In this document: positions 56,028-64,000 of the stretch, piece by piece
Layout: the number at the start of each line of letters is the position of its first letter
How positions within the stretch are numbered: the stretch's first letter is position 1
Source: Octopus sinensis
Taxonomy: Eukaryota
Direction: 5' to 3'
DNA: 64,000 nt
Assembly: GCF_006345805.1 (NCBI RefSeq)
Contig: NC_043002.1
Location: 106,330,001 to 106,394,000, forward strand
Translations under genes and position numbers: made by a program
The notes under the pieces: model-generated
Database searches by the model: none
What the model was told of the DNA's origin: nothing
Seen by the model: only the letters and a program-made list of their open reading frames with translations

Positions 56028-59000
56028 ACACATGTACATGAAGATTTATACACACACACACACACATGCTTATTTAAACCGGTACGTGCGTAGTCACACT
56101 CATATTTATACACACACACATAAAATATGCGAATGCAAATATTACGCAAATTCCCAAGCATGTGCACACACACACACACCTTAGACACACATCTTTTGTG
56201 CACACATCTGTCTTTACATGTATAGTTGTATGTGTTGATGTATAGAAAACTGGGAACCAGTGGAAGCGGAAAGGGTGTGTGGTGAGGTAGAAAAAAACTA
56301 TATTTAGCAAAATGAATATTCTGATTTAGAAAACAGATCGATATTTTATCAAGCTGTTTCTGTTTTGAACGTTACAGACGTTATACTGTCTGCCATTGGT
56401 TCACAATCGTTGTTGCACAACAAGTATTGAACATTTCCCCACTATCTAAAAACGGAAGACGGTTATAACCCCTGTCTTATGATCCATACAATCATTGAAT
56501 GGCATCAGTTAAGCATTTTATCCTTCACTCACCACAATTACGACAATTCGAATTTTTACGTCATCACAATTATCACCGCAGACTAACAACACTATTAACA
56601 GCTGTCTCACAATAGCTTTTAGCGCATCGTCACAGCACCTCTACTTCTAATCATAGCTCTAACACTTGGTAGCAATAACTTTTATCAGAAGAGATTGACA
56701 TTAATAATCTGTCCCACCACAATCCATATCTGCTACTATAACAGCCTCGAAACAACTGTTGCCACTCTCTCACAACTAGTCTTCTCTGAAATTATTACTG
56801 TTTAGTAATCATTGTCTATGGATCACAACTATTATGTCTGTCTCACAACAAATATTGTATAATTAACACGATCATTATCTGCCGGACAAACTACTGCATC
56901 TCTCACCTCACAACAATAACCATCATCTCGATACATCACCCTCACAACAATCGTTACTGAATAACAATAATTGTGCTTAAAATAATTTCCCTTGACTTTG
57001 CCCCGTGGTAACTATTACAGCTTTACTGCATTTAATTCACGTCACAGTTCTTATCTCTGTATCATAGCAGTTACCACTTCTGTGAAATAATTAAACTGCA
57101 CATACAACAAATGCCATTTTCTGCTTCATAACTATTATTATTGCCTCAAAATAACTATCTCTGTTTAAAGAACAGCTATCACAGTCTCACATTTTTTTCT
57201 CTATTTGATTCCTAACGATTGATTTCTGTTTCCTTACAACAGTTGTTTCTACCTCACACGAACTGTTATTGTACAACTGTGACCAGCACAGCTTTTATAA
57301 CAGCTAAATGCTTTTCAACATCACTATCATCATCATTGCTTCACAACAGTAACAACTATAACAATAAGGAATTTTGATTGTCATTAACAATAACCATTTT
57401 TCCTACCTCACAGCATCACCAATAACCATCTCACAACTCACAGCCCCACAACAACTATCACTCACTACCTCATAGCAAAAATAGCCATTGTCAGGTTTAC
57501 TGAGTTGTCCGTAAAATCAAAGAATTTTGCATTAGACGATTACAAGTTTTTGTCAAATATTAGAGTAAAGAAAAGACGACGTCATTTTGACGTATAATTC
57601 CGTCATTGCTGACGTATCACTGAACGTGATTTGGAATACGTTACATGTTTTCTGTAATAAAACATAGTCGAAAACGTAAGTGGCGACATTACTGAGTTGT
57701 TACACCATGTTGCAACCATAAAGGTCCTGCCACTCTTATCTGAGTTATTTCTTGTATATAAAACATTGTTTATGGCTGAGGTTAGCGTCAGCTCTGATGT
57801 GCTACATCATTTGTGATAACAGAATATCATCTGTGATACATATGTATATAAACACAACGCATACACATGTATTGTAATACGTAACGTTCCTTATGGAAAT
57901 AAGGCAAAGACAATCCCAACTATTCTAATGTTAGCTGCCCCACTATTGTATATTACAGACCTTTCTGACGGCAAACAGCGTCATTTTGGCTTATAATGCC
58001 ATACGCAACCGCAACGTCTATTACAGAGCTATGAACGCTAGCGTCATTACAATCAAATATTACAATTACAGGCATGTGACGTTAATATTAACGTTATCTC
58101 TTTGCTGCAACATTTAAGACACAACACCAAGATAATCGTATTGCTCATTGTAGTTAGCAAGTGACAACACTATTTCCTAAGTATTGCATATATGGTCGAT
58201 GCCATTTGCGACCACCATTTGCAGCTTCTCTATCTCTAATGCAAACGTTAAAAGAAGCATTTTTGTAGTATCATCAAAACTGCTGTGTATAAGTTATACG
58301 ACAGCCATTAAGCAGTTAAAAAGTCGTACAACGTCACTTTGGTAAACCTCAATGTATTTTGAGAGATGTTCGTGCCAATATTAACAAATCACTGAATACA
58401 TACATACAATTTCCGTTTAAACACTGAGGCAAGCAAGCAATTTGAAACAATGTTTTTATATGATTACATTTAAAGTTACGTTTAAAGTTGAATAGCGTCG
58501 AGAACGTCATTAGCTGATTTAACGTAATAGTTTTTAACTTTAGCAATAAAAGACTTCAAATGGTATAAAATTATTTATATATCGCCACTAGTCCTAGCAT
58601 CAACAAACCATTTGAAGAGAATTCTTGGACAACGTCTCCAATATCAACATTTACCGTCATTTATGAAATAAATGAATATATAAATACACGGATTTAACGT
58701 AATTCCCGTCAATGTCTGCAAAGCGCTTTGCACGACTGTAACTCTAACGTCAGCAATATTAACGTCACTGCTTTGTTGCAATATTTCTTCGTAACACCAC
58801 GTTCACATCATTTGGTAAGACAACCACCTCTGTGACAACTGTCGCAGTAATATCGTCTTTGGCCTTAGTTATCAGCTTTGTGTAAACATTTCACCATTTT
58901 CGAGCGCAAGGTGTAGAGTACAGGTTATCTACAACTGAGTATCCAGCATATGGTACCTACTGGACATTTCCAAGTAGTCGGTACACACGACGGGGTACAT

Positions 59001-59636
59001 TCTATAAGTTAGACAAAGATCAAGACATATACTCTAGAGTACAAAATTCAGAGTACACAATGAAGGGTATAGCAGAGGTTAGCAGAGGTTAGCAGAGGGA
59101 AGGAGTACAGTCAATGAATAGCAGAGTACATTCCATAGAGTTTATACAAAAGGAAGGTACTACAAGGTACAAAATTAAGGTTACATGCTGCAGGGAACAC
59201 GGCAGTGAGTACAATAAAGGGCAGAGGACAAAGTTAGGAGGTGAGTGCAAGAGGTGATATTGGGAACAACATGCAATACAAGAACTGTAGAGAGGGTCAG
59301 AGTACATGCTAGAGTATAATAAAAGGGTAACAACTGTTTATACGAGTGAGATTATAGATAATAACGTTATAGTTTACACAATTGGTTAAGTGGAGGCTAT
59401 AGAGTTGCTGATCTCTGTCCAGGTAGACGAGTACAGTATTTGGCATTCACTTGAATAGGTATACAGTGAATAGGTGTTCAGTGGAGGGGCACCGGCAGCG
59501 AAGCACACTCGTGGGTAGATTGACTTGCAGGTTACCACTTCAGGAAGTGAACCGAGCTGAACTTAGTCGGGTGTAGTAAGTAGTAGAATGGAATGAGCAC
59601 AAGTTGAGGCCATCTTTGTTTCGAAGCTGCTGCTGT

Positions 59637-59832
<196 letters not shown>

Positions 59833-60171
59833 CCGTCGCTGTTGCTGTTGTAGATCTATAATTCTGCCCTTGCTTAGTAACGGTATCTTCCTCTCTCATC
59901 TCATCGTCATTGTCATCATCATCGTCACCATCATCATCACTTGTCCCTGATAGTAATCTTGCGGCTCCTTTTACTGCTGACAACAGACTGAAACACTGTA
60001 ACAAATTCACCTTCCCAAATAAAAAAAAAATATATTCCGGAAGTAAAACAAGTAAATTCGCATAACAGTTCATTAAAAACCTATACCGGAAGTTGATAAC
60101 GGACCACAAATATATTACTACACTGGAAGAGTATTATACTTACTAATATTAATAGTACTTCTACCCTGTTT

Positions 60172-60216
<45 letters not shown>

Positions 60217-60310
60217 CATCAATCAGTCAATCAGTTAATCTATTTATCTGTCTGTCTGTCTGTCTGTCTATCTGTCTCCGTCTCTTTGTGGTTGTCTCTC
60301 TCTCTCCCTG

Positions 60311-60354
<44 letters not shown>

Positions 60355-60657
60355 GTATATAGGTATATATATGTATATGTATAAGGAGTATAGAAATTAA
60401 GGTATACTACTGCTACTGCTGCTGCTGAGCTATATTTCTACTCTTGTTCGACAACGGTATTTTCTTCCTCTTCCCTGTCGTCCTCTTCGTTATCTTCGTT
60501 GCAGTCGCCATAGTTTTAAATTAATATACGCCTATTGTGTGGTCTTGTGTCGAAATCTGAAACCAATATACGCCTATATTTAACATCTCTGTTATATAAG
60601 AAAACGTTATTAAAGCGAAACACTGCATCTCTTTTTCGCTATCACTTTCACATTAGG

Positions 60658-60704
<47 letters not shown>

Positions 60705-61649
60705 ACGCACTAGATATAAAAGTAAAAACAAAATTTAGACTATCTACAAAATTATCACAAATACAACAAGATATTCAATCGCTACCTGTGTTTATTGATA
60801 TTATCATATAAAATCCATAGGATAATACTCCTGCAGCAACCGCATATCTACAGATCTATAGTAATATATATTATTAATAATGTAACGTCAATATAGAAAT
60901 ATATTGGAAGCACATTTTACATCATTATCTCAGCAAAGTAAATTTAATTAAACGAAAACCGCTGCTTAAGTAAAATCTCTGTTTTGATATTCAATAGAAG
61001 CTGGTTAATACCTGTACGAAGATCGATTCGATTAAAAACAAAAAAAACAAAAAACAAGACATTAATGAAAAACTATCTGATAACAGCTTTAAACCGGGAA
61101 ATGAAAATAAAATAAAAATATTTTGTATAAATGTATAGCAAAATTCAAGGAATTAGTTTAGTTAATAAATATGTAACAGTTAGACGACTGATAGAAATCG
61201 CTTTTGTGAAAATAAATACTTAACGCCGGGATAGGTTCTGCGTACCGTATTCCTGGTTTGTTTTACTATCCAGCTTCAACAAGAGAGATTATTTCGAAAA
61301 CACACTACAGCCTTTGATTGGTCATAATTTCAAACTTAGCGAGATATGAATCGAACGAAATGAACGAAAACCCATTTTGGACTTGCCAATCAATTTATTG
61401 AGGTTAAAATATCTCCAGATAACTTAACATTATATAGAGATACTTAGAAAAATATCTGACCGAAACGTAACAGGTTCATAATATAAATTCATATCAAATG
61501 AAAATTCACTAAACGAATTAACAACAGCTCCTTCCAGAAATAAAATGAATTAAACAGATTATAAACACACACACACACACACACATCCCGAAGATCGCCG
61601 TGTCGTGAAACTCGAGTCGCGAGAGAAACTTTCACAAGAAACTTTATAA

Positions 61650-61681
<32 letters not shown>

Positions 61682-61690
61682 TATATATAT

Positions 61691-61794
61691 AATTTATCAA
61701 TATAGGGTAGCAAAAATTCAGTAGAAAAAATTTGCCACCAGCGGCCTAGTGGGAAAAAAAGGAAATAGTCAGAGACTATTAATAAATTCAACAG

Positions 61795-61841
<47 letters not shown>

Positions 61842-62017
61842 CACAAAAAGTATATATATATTTACCAAAAGTATATATATGATATAAAATATATTATATA
61901 TATATATATATATAATTTATCAATATAGGGTAGCAAAAATTCAGTAGAAAAAATTTGCCACCAGCGGCCTAGTGGGAAAAAAAGGAAATAGTCAGAGACT
62001 ATTAATAAATTCAACAG

Positions 62018-62065
<48 letters not shown>

Positions 62066-62135
62066 ACAAAAAGTATATATATATTTACCAAAAGTATATA
62101 TATGATATAAAATATATATATATATATATATATAG
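61691..62135. repeat. Tandem duplication with about 223-bp period, 2 copies
   Basis: aatttatcaatatagggtagc at 61691 and 61914, with near-identical continuation. Confidence 0.9.
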
Positions 62136-62431
62136 GCACTACTATACGATATATGATCTATGCGTAAAAGAGTACGCTGCTGGAAAGGCGTGACATTAAG
62201 TGTGACATTGTATAAGTAGGTTAGGTCACGTGGTTAGGTCAAGTGGTTCGTCAGCGATTAGGAATCACTCTTAATTACTTTAGTAAGGGTCATTGTGAAC
62301 TTTGACGTCCCCTTAGTATTTAATCTTTAATCTTTTATGAGCTTTCTTCTATCCCTTCACTGAGGGGTCTCATTGATATTGCTGTTGCTGTAGTTGTTGT
62401 TGTAGTTGGGGTTATAATAGCAATAATACTG

Positions 62432-62473
<42 letters not shown>

Positions 62474-62638
62474 GTTGTTGTTGTTAGGAATTATTAAGGC
62501 AATTGAGTGCATTTTTCTGTTCAAACTTCAGCGACACCAGCGCCGCTGCCGCTACTATTATTACTACCTCTACCAGCATTATTATTTAGATGTACCTTGT
62601 CTCTCTTAACAAGTCATTGCCCTGAAACCATTGAAGCA

Positions 62639-62717
<79 letters not shown>

Positions 62718-63186
62718 AAGAGAGAGAGAAAGAGAGAAGAGATAGAGAGAGACAGAAGAAAGTGAAATAGTTGGAAAAAGAAATGATATAGATAAATATA
62801 CGTAGGTAGAGATGGATTGATTGATAGCTCGAAAATACAAACAGATTGGTAGCTAAGTAATTAAGCATATAGAGATAAGCAGATATAAATAGACAGTTGA
62901 CAGTTAGATAAACATATATAGATAAAATAAAAAAATAAGTGGTTGTTTGTCCTTTATCGTGATTTAGTGTGTAATAAATTCTGTGAGGTGTTTTATCCTT
63001 TGTAGATATTGTTAGACTTTAATGGACTTTAATGTTCTGCTTCAGAAACTTGTGCAATAAAATTTGGCCTAACAAACGGAACCCTTACACCTGCATTTAA
63101 TATTAAACTTACCTCGACATTCCCATATATGATATTGAAAAGAAAAGTTCAACCGACGGAAATACTCAGGTAAACGTAATCAACAG

Positions 63187-63227
<41 letters not shown>

Positions 63228-63386
63228 ATTCTTCAAACCTCATGTGATTGCTGTGTTGGTGTGATAAGAAAACAAACGAACCTTAGCTCTTTTTATCATT
63301 TAACCGTAAATTCTTAACGTTCTAGTTTTGCTGTCTTCCTGTCGATAGAAGAAAATATTCTAATATATATATACAGTAATAAAGCC

Positions 63387-63423
<37 letters not shown>

Positions 63424-63900
63424 AAACAAAATTTTGTTGATGACAATACTGGTTTGAGTATGAGAGAACGGCAACCGCGATTTCTGCGCAAAGGCCATTC
63501 GTAAAAACAAATAATCTTCTCCGATGAGGAATAGCCGCCTGCCCCACTCAATGACCAAGGCTAAAAACGGAAACCATTTTAAAAAGGTTGACCGTGAAAC
63601 TTAAACGACAATAATAACATCAACCACAGAAACAACAACAGCATCAGCATGCATCACCACCACCACCACCACCATAAGAACAAGAACAACAACAATCAAA
63701 GAAACAACAGCAGAAACAATTTCCAATAAAATCCATTTGACTATTTATTTTAAAAAAAATCCACTTCAAATGTCAAAGTTTGCGCATTTTATTCATTTAT
63801 ATAAATAATTAAATGCTTATTATACACGCCTGAAAACAAAACAACTTGCACAACCTCTTAGCTCCACTGAAATATCGAATGCTTTAAACTCATTATATAT

Positions 63901-63961
<61 letters not shown>

Positions 63962-64000
63962 ATATATATATATTATATATATATATATATAATATATATA

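Overview
Repeat-dominated, AT-rich eukaryotic DNA, most likely from an octopus genome (inferred from the tRNA-derived SINE families and the microsatellite load). It looks intergenic or intronic. No host protein-coding gene can be called with confidence; there are only weak candidate exons. Contents: kb-scale degenerate (TA)n arrays; decayed non-LTR retrotransposons (RTE, R4/Dong-like, L1/Tx1-like, CR1/L2-like, Hero-like); two mariner relics; a Helitron Rep fragment and a complete non-autonomous Helitron; more than 20 tRNA-headed SINE copies; tRNA pseudogenes; a 7x125-bp tandem array built on the 3' half of a tRNA-like unit; and a 100-N gap. Most notable observations: (1) three minimal hammerhead-ribozyme motifs with the same unusual core spacing and different but base-paired stems, one inside a head-to-head foldback of a tRNA-headed element; (2) several palindromic elements beside (TA)n tracts; (3) two SINE families whose 3' tails match LINE 3' ends in the same window (Tx1-like and CR1/L2-like). 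All family assignments come from motif recognition by eye, not from database searches.
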